Shown here piece by piece: positions 21,047 to 31,370 of a stretch of DNA of 64,000 nt. How positions within the stretch are numbered: the stretch's first letter is position 1; each line of letters opens with the position of its first letter. A model generated the notes under the pieces. It did not search any database. It worked only from the letters and a program-made list of their open reading frames with translations, and was not told the origin of the DNA. Location: NCBI GenBank assembly GCA_023957245.1, contig JAMLHJ010000001.1:145273-209272 (forward strand), in the 5' to 3' direction. Source of the stretch: Chitinophagales bacterium (lineage in GTDB: Bacteria > Bacteroidota > Bacteroidia > Chitinophagales > JADIYW01). The position numbers and the translations under genes were made by a program.

Positions 21047-22330
21047 TTAACGAACATAATCTCTCTTTAAGCTCTTTGAATAGGCATGATAATCGACTTG
21101 TATTGTATGTCGCAATGATGAGTAAAAATTATTAGCAATATATTCATCATGCTTCAATATTTCTTTATTCATTTCGTCTGTATTGGGCAAGATAAAATCA
21201 CCTTTCAATAAAGATACAACCCACTTTACTTGTTCTTCTATTGTTCTTGTCAAGGAATAATTAGGTTGTATAAATCCTAAAAAAAAGATTCTGTTCTCAT
21301 TAGGAAATACAATTCTTTTATAGAGTTTCAATTGATTTGTCTTCTCAATCTCTTTATTGTTATATAATTCATCACTCAAAAAAGGAATAGAGATTTTATA
21401 TCCAGTGCTTGCGATCACTGCATCATAATTTTGACTATAATTATCAGTAAATTCAATAATATTATTCTGAATTTTCTGAATTCCTGATCTAAAATGTATT
21501 CTACCCTTACTTAATAAAGGAAAAATTTCAGATGAAACAGTTGAATGATGATCTAATAATTTATAACTAGGTTTAGGAATACCCAGTTGTTGTTGATTAC
21601 CTGTAGAAAGCTTCAGCACTATATGCCCTATCCATCTTTTTAAAAATTTGGGTAAAGGAATAGGGTTATTTGTAGATAAATCTCCCAATGGCTTCCCAAA
21701 AACAAAATGAGGATAGATATAAGCACTATTTCTTGTTGAAATATCTACTTTAATATCTGTATGTTTTGCTAAATCACAAGCAATATCAACAGCAGAATTA
21801 CCTATTCCTATCACTAAGACTGACTTGCCACGAAAATCATCTGCACACCTATACTTAGATGAATGTAAAAAGATGCCACTAAAATCTCTTTCGATCTCTT
21901 TGGGTATTTGCGCCAAATCATGATGACCAGTAGCAATAATGATATAGTTATATTCGATTTCAATCGAATTGTTTAATTTAACTATAAAAATATCGTCCTG
22001 TTTTTTAATATTTACAACTTCTGTATTAAATGAAATATGTTGAAGAATATCATAATGAAGAGCATAGCTTTTGATATAATCTAGCATCTCTTGATGAGAA
22101 GGGAAAATAGGAAAACTCTCAGGCATAGGAAAACTCTCCCATTCTGTAGCACTTTTTGTGGTATTGATATGCAGAGAATCATAGATTTTTCCATTTTCAA
22201 AATTCCACAATCCACCAATATTGTTTCCCTTTTCAAAACAATCAAACAATATATTGTTCTGCTTTAAGTATTTACAAACTATTAATCCAGCAATTCCTGC
22301 TCCTATAACACAAATCTTCTTTGATTCCAT
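21047..22330 (-). CDS. Flavin-containing monooxygenase (class B FMO)
   Basis: GAGIAG FAD site, FMO fingerprint FSGIFLHSSKY, GIGNSA NADPH site, STGY. Confidence 0.9.
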   Translation of the reverse strand: MESKKICVIGAGIAGLIVCKYLKQNNILFDCFEKGNNIGGLWNFENGKIYDSLHINTTKSATEWESFPMPESFPIFPSHQEMLDYIKSYALHYDILQHISFNTEVVNIKKQDDIFIVKLNNSIEIEYNYIIIATGHHDLAQIPKEIERDFSGIFLHSSKYRCADDFRGKSVLVIGIGNSAVDIACDLAKHTDIKVDISTRNSAYIYPHFVFGKPLGDLSTNNPIPLPKFLKRWIGHIVLKLSTGNQQQLGIPKPSYKLLDHHSTVSSEIFPLLSKGRIHFRSGIQKIQNNIIEFTDNYSQNYDAVIASTGYKISIPFLSDELYNNKEIEKTNQLKLYKRIVFPNENRIFFLGFIQPNYSLTRTIEEQVKWVVSLLKGDFILPNTDEMNKEILKHDEYIANNFYSSLRHTIQVDYHAYSKSLKRDYVR

Positions 22331-22425
22331 ACGATTAAAGACAATTTATCTTCAATTATTAGCATAAACTTTTCTAAATTTACAAATTAAGAATAAAAAT
22401 TTATTTTCTAAATTAGGAAATCAAC

Positions 22426-23223
22426 ATGGAAAGTTTGCAAGACTCTAATTCTCTACTTACAAACGACGTGTATTCAACCGAACCTATATATTACACATAT
22501 AGAGGAAAATGGTATAAAGGCCATTTTCCCACCTATTATGATAGCCATGAATTTAGATTTAATAAGGATTTTGAAGATAATTATCTAACAATCAAACAAG
22601 AATTCGAATCCTATTATTCTCATTCAAAAAGTAAAATAAAAACATTCTATATTCCACATGATTTCACAATCGATGGCTGGAAGATTTTGACTATTTGGGG
22701 ATATGTCAACCATAAAATTTTTATTTTAAGACACTTCCCAACCATTAAGAAGCTACTCAAAAAATATCCTGAAATTATATCTATGCAAATTAGCATTTTG
22801 CAACCCAACACTAGAATAAAGGCACATTTTGGAGGTAGCAATGCTCTTGTTAGGCATCACCTTGGAATACATATACCAGGAAAGGCTCCCGATTTAGGAT
22901 TCAACTTAAAAGGTGAAGTCAGAGTATGGGAAGAAGGAAAAGTATTATCTTTCTGTGAATCTCACAGACACTATGTATGGAATTTCACCAATCAAAACAG
23001 AGTAATTTTAATGTATGATAGCATCCATCCATTATATAAGAAGGAAAAACACTCTGTAGTGGCTGGTGTGACAAGTATTTTAATCATGGTTATTTTATTG
23101 AAAAAGTTACCGTGGCTGGGCAAAGTTTCACCTCGATTAGAAATTTTGTTACATAAAATATTATCTGCTTGTATTTTGCCTATCTTTATCATTAGAGATA
23201 TTGTTAAAAGACCTTTTATGTGA
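22426..23223 (+). CDS. AspH/LpxO-family Fe/2OG dioxygenase 2
   Basis: AHFGGSNALVRHHLGI, WEEGK, HRHYVWN, hydrophobic C-terminus. Confidence 0.85.
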   Translation: MESLQDSNSLLTNDVYSTEPIYYTYRGKWYKGHFPTYYDSHEFRFNKDFEDNYLTIKQEFESYYSHSKSKIKTFYIPHDFTIDGWKILTIWGYVNHKIFILRHFPTIKKLLKKYPEIISMQISILQPNTRIKAHFGGSNALVRHHLGIHIPGKAPDLGFNLKGEVRVWEEGKVLSFCESHRHYVWNFTNQNRVILMYDSIHPLYKKEKHSVVAGVTSILIMVILLKKLPWLGKVSPRLEILLHKILSACILPIFIIRDIVKRPFM

Positions 23224-23230
23224 TTTTCAA

Positions 23231-24214
23231 TTACTGAATATTAATACCCATATCCTGATTTTGAATCTCTACATCATCTTGATTAATTATTGCAGCAAGT
23301 TCATCCCCAACAAGGTGATGAGCAATTTTATTTGGATGACTATCTAACCTATTGACAACCAGCAAATGAGGAGGGCATTCTTAATTATTTTGCTGACATT
23401 CAATACTTTAACTCCTTGAAGCGCAAAAAAGTTACAAATTTCATCTACATAAAGAGTATTGCTAAATTCTATATTTGTGAGCTCTGGGAAGACTAAAACA
23501 TATAGAGTTTTTTTATTTGACGAACAGTAGTCTATGATTTCTTGTAATTCTTTTTTATGCTCTGACATGATAGTTTCAGATTTCCACAAAGCAAGATATT
23601 TTTCATATTTATCAAAGTCTATCCAATATTTTGGAAACATCCAAAATATAGTATTTGCAATATAGGAGAAACTGAGTAATGGATTTTTTAAAATGGTATT
23701 CAGTTTATCTTCATCTAAGGGAAGCATATCCTCTTTGCCTATTTTTTTTATAGTTTCATCAAAATCATTCATATAATATTGATAAACAACAATATCAGAT
23801 GTAGATGCAATTTTTTTTAAGATTATCGAGTTGTTTTTGAGAACCATTGTTCGGTTGTCCCAGATTTATTATGTTGGCTGAAAATTGAAGTCTTTCTCCA
23901 CAAACTTTATCATACCTATCTTTAATAGATTTTAAACCGATACCAGATGTGAAGGAATCTCCAATGAAAGCAATCGTCTTTTTTGCTGTCAAATTAAATT
24001 CATAATCACGAAATCCGTGAGAGTTTAGAGGATGATAATATATCATTATCCAATTTAATCTTAATAGAGAGGAGCCTCCCATACTGACAGGAGCAATAGT
24101 TAATATACCTTCCACTACCAAAATAGAAAAAAATAAGACTTTAAATAACTCTTGAAACTTTATAGTATTTTTAACAATAAATAGTAATCCAACAATAGCA
24201 GTTAATCTAATCAA
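23231..24214 (-). pseudogene. SGNH/GDSL hydrolase gene broken by two frameshifts (pseudogene or sequencing error)
   Basis: Frame 1 has NSHGFRD and FIGDSFT. An extra A in the A8 run (T8 at 23811-23818) shifts to DIVVYQYYMND. A second shift near 23381 hides VVNRLDSHPNKIAHH, ending at TAA 23231-23233. Confidence 0.8.
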
Positions 24215-24330
24215 TATATAAGGTATCCAAATTATAAATAGGCTTTGTTTATCGTTATTAATTATAGCCAGTTGCTAAATTCAACTTACAAATACAACAT
24301 TAAGTGAAGATAAAAACTCTTTAGCTTCTT

Positions 24331-25935
24331 TTAATGCTTATCATTCATATTGTCATTTAAAACTAAATCATCTTTAAATTGAATATAATTCACATAATTT
24401 AGAGAGTCATTGTCAGACAGTTTCATTCTTTTTTCTATCAAAGCTATCGCATCATCAGTTTTATATTTTTCATTAAAATCCACAAGATCTTTTTTCAATG
24501 CTTTAAGAACATATTGGCTTGACATTAATGCATCGCCTCCTTCTTTAGCCATCTTAGCCATTAATAAATAATAATAAGTGTGCGTTGGGAAAAACTCTTT
24601 TATTTTCAATTCATTTGCTTCTTTCAATGTTAAAACTGCTTGATGGATATCTCCATTGTTATAATAGACCTCAGAGAGTTTATACATCAAATCCTTAGTA
24701 GGAAAAACCTGATTATTATGTTCTATTAAAGTAATAGAGTTTTGCCAAAAATTTAGTTGGCGAACACTTACATAAAATAAGTAAATTGCAAATAGAGAGA
24801 GAATTATCAATCCTTTCCTATTCAATATTTTCAGTGTAAGAAATGTAATAATTAAAAATATTCCAGGAGATGCTAGCATAAAATATCTGTCTGAAGTATT
24901 CATCGGAAAATCAGAAGAAAAAATCAGAATAACACTTGATGGGACTAATGCCAATAAATACCATAACAACGAATAAGCCAATATAATCTTCTTAATCTTT
25001 ATACTCCAATAGACTAATAGTAGTAATATTAATGGAATACTACTATATAATACATAATAAAATACTCTAAAATTGTCATGAGTATCAATGGGGTTAAAGA
25101 TTATATAAGGTCCTATAAATATCTTCTTTATAAAAATACCAAAACTAGAAAAGATAATTAGCACATGCTGAAAAGGAGAATATGAGAAATCTTGCCTTAA
25201 AAAATTTCGTTCTCCAGCTTTCACATTCATCCATACAAAAAACAAAGAAATAATAGCTATTGGAATAATAACCATCATTGACTTTTGAAGTTGAATCTTT
25301 TTACTTTTAAAATAAAATCTTTCAATAAAAATCAAAAATGATACAAAAGGGAAGAATGCTACAGAGGATGCCTTAGAACCAAGTGATAAAGTATAGAACA
25401 AAATGGCTATCACTAAATATCTCCAATGAGAATTTCCAATGAGGTATTTATAGTAGTTTATTGCTGACCATATCAGAAAAAGAAGGCTTAAAATCTGTCT
25501 TCTTCCAGTAGGAAGCGCAACTGACTCTAGCTGCATGGGGTGAACAACAAATAATACAATGGATAACAATGCTACCAGTGGAGAAATACCAACTAAGCTC
25601 AATAAATAATACAATAGCGAACCTGTTACAAACAATAAAACCAGATTCTCTATTTTCATATACTTTGCTTCATTTCCCCAAATAGCCACATCTATAGCAA
25701 AAGAAGTAAAAGTGACTGGCAGATAAAACATATCTTTGGTGTCATTTACCCAAATCTTTGTAAGATTTTCTCTATTAAATTCTTGAACTAATGGATTTTC
25801 ATATATACCCCAATCGTCATCCATCGTATCAAAAAAACTATTGGAAAATTGATTAATATAAACGACTCCGATAAAAATAAATACCAAGAATAGCATAATT
25901 TTCCCAGCTCGATATGTCAATAGAAAGTCCTTCAT
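24331..25935 (-). CDS. GT-C membrane glycosyltransferase, TMTC/protein O-mannosyltransferase-like with short TPR-like tail
   Basis: DDDWGIYENPLV after TM1, Y.PVTF.SFAID, F.VHPMQ.ESVA, DRY, W.NS..L, helical C-terminus. Confidence 0.7.
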   Translation of the reverse strand: MKDFLLTYRAGKIMLFLVFIFIGVVYINQFSNSFFDTMDDDWGIYENPLVQEFNRENLTKIWVNDTKDMFYLPVTFTSFAIDVAIWGNEAKYMKIENLVLLFVTGSLLYYLLSLVGISPLVALLSIVLFVVHPMQLESVALPTGRRQILSLLFLIWSAINYYKYLIGNSHWRYLVIAILFYTLSLGSKASSVAFFPFVSFLIFIERFYFKSKKIQLQKSMMVIIPIAIISLFFVWMNVKAGERNFLRQDFSYSPFQHVLIIFSSFGIFIKKIFIGPYIIFNPIDTHDNFRVFYYVLYSSIPLILLLLVYWSIKIKKIILAYSLLWYLLALVPSSVILIFSSDFPMNTSDRYFMLASPGIFLIITFLTLKILNRKGLIILSLFAIYLFYVSVRQLNFWQNSITLIEHNNQVFPTKDLMYKLSEVYYNNGDIHQAVLTLKEANELKIKEFFPTHTYYYLLMAKMAKEGGDALMSSQYVLKALKKDLVDFNEKYKTDDAIALIEKRMKLSDNDSLNYVNYIQFKDDLVLNDNMNDKH

Positions 25936-25944
25936 ATCACAATC

Positions 25945-27486
25945 CTAAATTTTCTTATAAATAGTAACTTCAAACTTTTTGTCCAAAAAAAACTGTCTTC
26001 CATACTTCGTACAGTACTCAAATGTATAAGCTGGATGTGACATAAAATGTTTTTTTTCTAATACTTTTTTGTAGCCTGTTGGTTTTTTAAAGGGAGTGTA
26101 GCTTTCTGTGAAGTTATCAGGATAGTGAAAGAAAAATCCAAAGTTTTGCAAAATTAAATCTCCTTTGATTCTCGGTTGAAACTGTGTTTTAGGCATCCAT
26201 AATTTAGGCACATCTATATCATTGCCTTCAAAATAGTATTTTTTATAGTTATACTCGATACCTGGTTTGAGTTCGTAAACAAATTGATAGTGATCTGGCT
26301 CATTTTCAAATAATCCATAATTATAAATAAGACTGCGTGGGTATCCTATATCATTTAGTTCTTTTACAACAAAAACTCCATTGAGAAATGCAAATATAAA
26401 AAAGGGTATCATTAAGACTTTATGTCTTTGAATAATCATTAAAACAGCAACGACTATAAAGGGTAAATACATGTGAAAGACTCTACCATAAAAAACCATT
26501 TCTTTAGTTAATACTGCATAAATTCCATAAATGAGATATGCAGTCATTCCTGAATAAAGAAAAAGTTTAGCTTTACTGGAATATCGCTTTCTATAAAAAA
26601 CAGAGTATAACAAGCCCAACATGCATAGAAAAAACATGAGATACCCCCACATGCCTTCTACCGACGATAAATAAATATATGCGTATTTGAGTGTCTCCTC
26701 AGGACTACCATGAAAAATAGTAGTCGAAAACAATATGGTAAAGTCTATGTAAGAGTGTCCGCTTAAAGATGATATTCCCTGAAAGAACAATAGTAAAACA
26801 AAAGCAGGTAAGCTAAGGCTAACAGTACATAACGCTATTGTTTTCAAAGTTTTTGTTTCAAGCCTAAATATTCCTATTATCCATATAATTAAGAACATCA
26901 TGAAAAAACCATAGTAATCAAAATAGGCAACAGCACTTAGAATTCCCGCTACCCAATAATCCTTCCAAGTCAATTTTTCTTTTAACAAAATCAACAAGGC
27001 AATTAGATGTATTAAAAATGAAGATTCGTAGGAGTTGATATGACGGATATATAAATTACTATTAATAAAAGAAGCTAACAAAAGCATACCTAATAAAGAT
27101 AAATTCCTGTCAAATGATAATCTGTTGAGTATTTTATAAAAAACATAAGAAATGCCCATAACAACTAATAAATTGAAAAACGCCACTGAAGCTAATGCCT
27201 GCGTACTTTCCATAGGCATGTTTATCCATGATGCGTACCATTTCAAAACAAATACTTGCGGCAGTCTATATAGAGTTTCAAAATAAGTACTCCACATGAC
27301 AAAGACTTGATTATTCCAAGCATCCGCATCAAGTTGTAAAAGTTTATCAAACTGTTTTAACAACTCTAAAAAAGGAATTTCATCTGGATCATCAAGATGT
27401 CCTTGTCCTAATAGAGATAGACGACCAATAAATATTCCCAAAAATATTAGCCAAAACAGCAACTTATCAGAAATATTCACTTTCAA
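25945..27486 (-). CDS. GT-C-like (ArnT/PMT_2-like) membrane glycosyltransferase
   Basis: LDDPDE acidic motif after TM1, about 11 TM segments, soluble C-terminal domain. Confidence 0.55.
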   Translation of the reverse strand: MKVNISDKLLFWLIFLGIFIGRLSLLGQGHLDDPDEIPFLELLKQFDKLLQLDADAWNNQVFVMWSTYFETLYRLPQVFVLKWYASWINMPMESTQALASVAFFNLLVVMGISYVFYKILNRLSFDRNLSLLGMLLLASFINSNLYIRHINSYESSFLIHLIALLILLKEKLTWKDYWVAGILSAVAYFDYYGFFMMFLIIWIIGIFRLETKTLKTIALCTVSLSLPAFVLLLFFQGISSLSGHSYIDFTILFSTTIFHGSPEETLKYAYIYLSSVEGMWGYLMFFLCMLGLLYSVFYRKRYSSKAKLFLYSGMTAYLIYGIYAVLTKEMVFYGRVFHMYLPFIVVAVLMIIQRHKVLMIPFFIFAFLNGVFVVKELNDIGYPRSLIYNYGLFENEPDHYQFVYELKPGIEYNYKKYYFEGNDIDVPKLWMPKTQFQPRIKGDLILQNFGFFFHYPDNFTESYTPFKKPTGYKKVLEKKHFMSHPAYTFEYCTKYGRQFFLDKKFEVTIYKKI

Positions 27487-27505
27487 CCTTAATATAATTA
27501 TATAC

Positions 27506-29482
27506 TTAATACAATTTAGGCATTTTATCTACAACGTCCAGCACCTCAGAACCATTCATATCTAAGTGGTCAAAATACCATTTTAGCGACTCGTATCGTG
27601 GCTGATTTTCTTCCATCACCAAATCAAAAGCTTCCTTTCTCGTTAAAACACCTTCTCTAATCTGCCTAGAACGAAAGGAATCATTCTCTGTAAATCCTTG
27701 TACCTGACAATAAATATAATTATAAAATGCAGATGAACCATCATCTGTTCTCCACATCTGTGAGGTTTCAGAAGACTTTTCCCAATTGTATTCATTGACT
27801 AAAGTCTGATTAATCAAATCCTCTTTCCAAGGAATATAATGCCACAAATACAAGTAATCATGTTGCTGAATATATGTTGAAAAATAAGCTAAACTTGTAT
27901 CCCAAAAGGAAGAGTTGAAATAAGCTGGATTTTTCAAATACCTCCACCCATAAAAAGAAAGTAATTTTAATTTATCTTTAGTAGGTAAATAATGTATCAC
28001 TCCTCCAGGGTCAGCATCTTTGATACCACAATGACCATTTTTAAACTCTTCTTTTTCAAATTCATTTCCTCTAAAGAAAAACATCAATTTTATATTGTAT
28101 TTCTTCATTAATTGGTCAGCATAGAATTCACATTGTTTATCCCCTTGCATAAACAATGGAACCATTCCCAAATGTGGATCTTTCATCCAAGCCAAAATAT
28201 TTTTCCTAATATGCTCTCTTTTCTTAGAAATATCTGCCGAAAGTAAAAGGTGCTCAACTCCCAATTGACCCAACATTCTAGCTTGGTTTCTTCTTGCTAA
28301 ATCTGTCACCATACCCCAATCATAAGTATATGCCATAGGATTCATACCTAATTCCTTTTTGAGATAATGCAAACCATAAGAGCTATCTCTACCTCCACTA
28401 AATGCCGCAATGCAATCTGGAGAACCATCTTTACTCCTATACTTTTCTAATTTTTCTTCTAAAGTAGCTTTTCCTTTATAAAGAATAGGTGTGTGATCAT
28501 TACAAAAATTGCATACTCCAAAGCTATCAAAAGATATAAAAGGAGTAGAAATAGGAAGCAGACACTTTGAACATCTTTTCTGATTCATTATCCGATTAAA
28601 ATCTATCGAGTGAGTTTTCAGTTGTTGGATACTATTGACAAATTTCAATGTTGGAGAATCTATGTTTTTCCATTGAACTTCAATTTTCCTAAATTCGTTA
28701 GTAGTTTTTGGCAGTTTCTTAGGATATTCTAAAGAATCACTATTAAATTCTTCTTCTGAAACTATTTTCCCTTCTTGAAAACACAAAAAATTTCTAGGTT
28801 GCAACTTTTTTATTTCCTCAGTTTGAAGAGTAAATGATGCTATAATTTCATCTAAAAATATTTTTTCTGATGCAAAATAGATTCGACTTGTTTGAGTATC
28901 AACGCAGTAATACAAAGAGCCAGTATTCGTATAAATAAAGACGCTTTGAGTTGCCAAATCCACCAATGCAAAACTTGCTGAACCTTCAATTATATTGTCC
29001 AGCATTTTGATAGCCTTTGAGATGCCATATTGCTTGGAGTAAACTGATAAATATTCTAAAAGCACTTTTGAATCCAAAGAAGGCAATTCTAAATGAGGAT
29101 AAGTATTCTTCCATAATACTTCAGGATTAGTAATAATGCCATTATGTACTAAAACATAAGATAAATCCTCTGTTATTAAAGGTTGATTATTATCATTGTC
29201 ATTCTGTGAACCATGAGTGGCTAATCGAGAATGCCCAATAACTGCTAAGACTTCTGAATCTCTACTTTTTGAAAGAAAACTTTGATATTCTTCTGATATT
29301 AATAAATCTTCCCCTACAATACCAGATTTCAATAAAACAATCTCATCATTATTATTAATAGTCAATAACCCAGATGCTTCCTTACCTCTTGAACTAGATA
29401 GATTCAGTAGTTTAGCAATAATTTCCTCCAGCTTGTTATAAGATGAAGGATATTTATTTAACACACCAAAAATTCCGCACAT
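27506..29482 (-). CDS. Fusion of Ntn (class II) glutamine amidotransferase and N-acetyl-sugar amidotransferase (WbpG-like PP-loop)
   Basis: N-terminus MCGIFG...GHSRLATHG...HNGIITN. C-terminal half CSKC...CNFC, FSGGRDSSY, A..NQ. Confidence 0.8.
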   Translation of the reverse strand: MCGIFGVLNKYPSSYNKLEEIIAKLLNLSSSRGKEASGLLTINNNDEIVLLKSGIVGEDLLISEEYQSFLSKSRDSEVLAVIGHSRLATHGSQNDNDNNQPLITEDLSYVLVHNGIITNPEVLWKNTYPHLELPSLDSKVLLEYLSVYSKQYGISKAIKMLDNIIEGSASFALVDLATQSVFIYTNTGSLYYCVDTQTSRIYFASEKIFLDEIIASFTLQTEEIKKLQPRNFLCFQEGKIVSEEEFNSDSLEYPKKLPKTTNEFRKIEVQWKNIDSPTLKFVNSIQQLKTHSIDFNRIMNQKRCSKCLLPISTPFISFDSFGVCNFCNDHTPILYKGKATLEEKLEKYRSKDGSPDCIAAFSGGRDSSYGLHYLKKELGMNPMAYTYDWGMVTDLARRNQARMLGQLGVEHLLLSADISKKREHIRKNILAWMKDPHLGMVPLFMQGDKQCEFYADQLMKKYNIKLMFFFRGNEFEKEEFKNGHCGIKDADPGGVIHYLPTKDKLKLLSFYGWRYLKNPAYFNSSFWDTSLAYFSTYIQQHDYLYLWHYIPWKEDLINQTLVNEYNWEKSSETSQMWRTDDGSSAFYNYIYCQVQGFTENDSFRSRQIREGVLTRKEAFDLVMEENQPRYESLKWYFDHLDMNGSEVLDVVDKMPKLY

Positions 29483-29636
29483 AAAAAGTCAATATTTAAA
29501 GCCTCCGACATGAAAGGTATATTTCAAAAATAGCAGAATATATAGACTAAATAAAAAATCACCCATAAATTATTCAACAACTTCTTTACAAACATTATAT
29601 TTGAATAATTCTGTTTCTAAACTTCATGCAAATTAA

Positions 29637-31370
29637 ATGGCAAATCAATATATTTTAGGCATCAATGGTTTAGGAATATCTCCTAGTGCTTGCCTAATTA
29701 AAGACGGTCAATTAATCGCTATGGTAGAAGAGGAAAGATTCACAAGACAAAAAAACTCTAATAGTCTAATGCCTGGCAATGCTGTTGCCTATTGTCTAAA
29801 AGAGGCCAATATTTCAATAAAAGATGTTGAACAAATCGCATTTGCTTGGGATGCTAATTTCTATAAATATAAAATCTATTGGTTCTTAATCAAACAATTC
29901 ATTAAAAGGTTTTTTGAGCTAAGATCTTCATCATCAAATATTTTAAGAGTTTTTCAAGAAGTTATCAAATATCATCCTCTTCAAGTCAAAAATCAGATAA
30001 GAGAGATGTTCCGTACACATGGGATTAGTGATAAATTGCCACCTATTCAATTTGTATCACATCATTATACTCATGCTACATCTACATTTTTTGCTTCTCC
30101 CTTTAATGAAGCTACAGTTCTTGTCATTGATGGTAGCGGAGAAAATCTTTCTACAAGTATTTGGAAAGGAGAAAATCATCAATTAAAACTAATGGACAAA
30201 TATTTTATCCCTGATTCATTAGGATGGTTTTATCAAACTATGACTGAATTTCTTGGTTTTACTCCCAATCATCATGAAGGCAAAGTCATGGCATTAGCTG
30301 CTTATGGTAATTACAATAAGGATATTGACGAAGCACTAAAAAAAGTGTTGCAAATATTTCCAAATGGCAGATATCAGTTCAATCCTTCCTATTCATTTTC
30401 AGGGAAAAATGAAAAAGGTGTAGTGTTTAGCACCCAATTAGAAAATCTTTTAGGCCCTTCGAGGAAGCCAAATGAAGAAATTACTCAATTTTATAAAGAT
30501 ATTGCCTTTCACACTCAAGGCTTATTAGAAAATGCTGTCAAGTCTATCCTATTAAATATTTCAACAAAAAAGTGGTATTCTCCAAATATTTGTATTGCTG
30601 GAGGAGTAGGACTTAATTGCAAGATGAATGGAAAAATCGCTTCATTATCTGTTGTAAATGACATATTTGTCCCTCCATTTTCAAGTGATATTGGAACTTC
30701 TTATGGGGCAGCCATTGCTATAACAAACAAAAAAATTGAACCATTAAATCATGCATATTGGGGACCAGAGTATAATGACAATTATATCTATGAAGTGCTC
30801 AAAAAATATAATATTCCACATCAAAAAGTAGAAGATATAGCAGGTGCAGCTGCACATTTATTAATGGAAAACAAGATTATTGCATGGTTTCAAGGAAGGA
30901 TGGAGGTAGGAGCCAGAGCATTAGGAGCTCGATCTATTATTGCTAATCCTACCATCTCAAGTAATAAAGATTTTATCAATAAACATATCAAAAATAGAGA
31001 AACTTGGCGTCCTTTTGCTATTTCTATTTTAGAAGAACATAAACATCAATTCATTGACACTTCAATTGATGCACCTTTTATGTCAATAGCATTTGATGTC
31101 AATGAGTATGCAATCAATAATATTCCTGCAGCTATTCATATTGACAATACAAGCAGACCCCAATTTGTAAAAAAATCAGCCCTGCCCATCTATTGGGAAC
31201 TAATTAATAGATTTGGAGAACTTTCAGGAGTATATGCCTTATTAAATACTTCTTTTAATCTGAAAGAGGAACCCATAATCTGCTCTCCTGAACAAGCAAT
31301 AAGATCCTTTTATACATCTGAACTTGATGTATTAATTATGGGCAATTATCTCATTTTCAAACCACAATAG
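29637..31370 (+). CDS. Carbamoyltransferase (NodU/CmcH family), copy B
   Basis: MVEEERFTR.K, HHYTHA, IDGSGE, EGKVMALAAYG, WFQGRMEVGARALGARS, NTSFN. Confidence 0.92.
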   Translation: MANQYILGINGLGISPSACLIKDGQLIAMVEEERFTRQKNSNSLMPGNAVAYCLKEANISIKDVEQIAFAWDANFYKYKIYWFLIKQFIKRFFELRSSSSNILRVFQEVIKYHPLQVKNQIREMFRTHGISDKLPPIQFVSHHYTHATSTFFASPFNEATVLVIDGSGENLSTSIWKGENHQLKLMDKYFIPDSLGWFYQTMTEFLGFTPNHHEGKVMALAAYGNYNKDIDEALKKVLQIFPNGRYQFNPSYSFSGKNEKGVVFSTQLENLLGPSRKPNEEITQFYKDIAFHTQGLLENAVKSILLNISTKKWYSPNICIAGGVGLNCKMNGKIASLSVVNDIFVPPFSSDIGTSYGAAIAITNKKIEPLNHAYWGPEYNDNYIYEVLKKYNIPHQKVEDIAGAAAHLLMENKIIAWFQGRMEVGARALGARSIIANPTISSNKDFINKHIKNRETWRPFAISILEEHKHQFIDTSIDAPFMSIAFDVNEYAINNIPAAIHIDNTSRPQFVKKSALPIYWELINRFGELSGVYALLNTSFNLKEEPIICSPEQAIRSFYTSELDVLIMGNYLIFKPQ

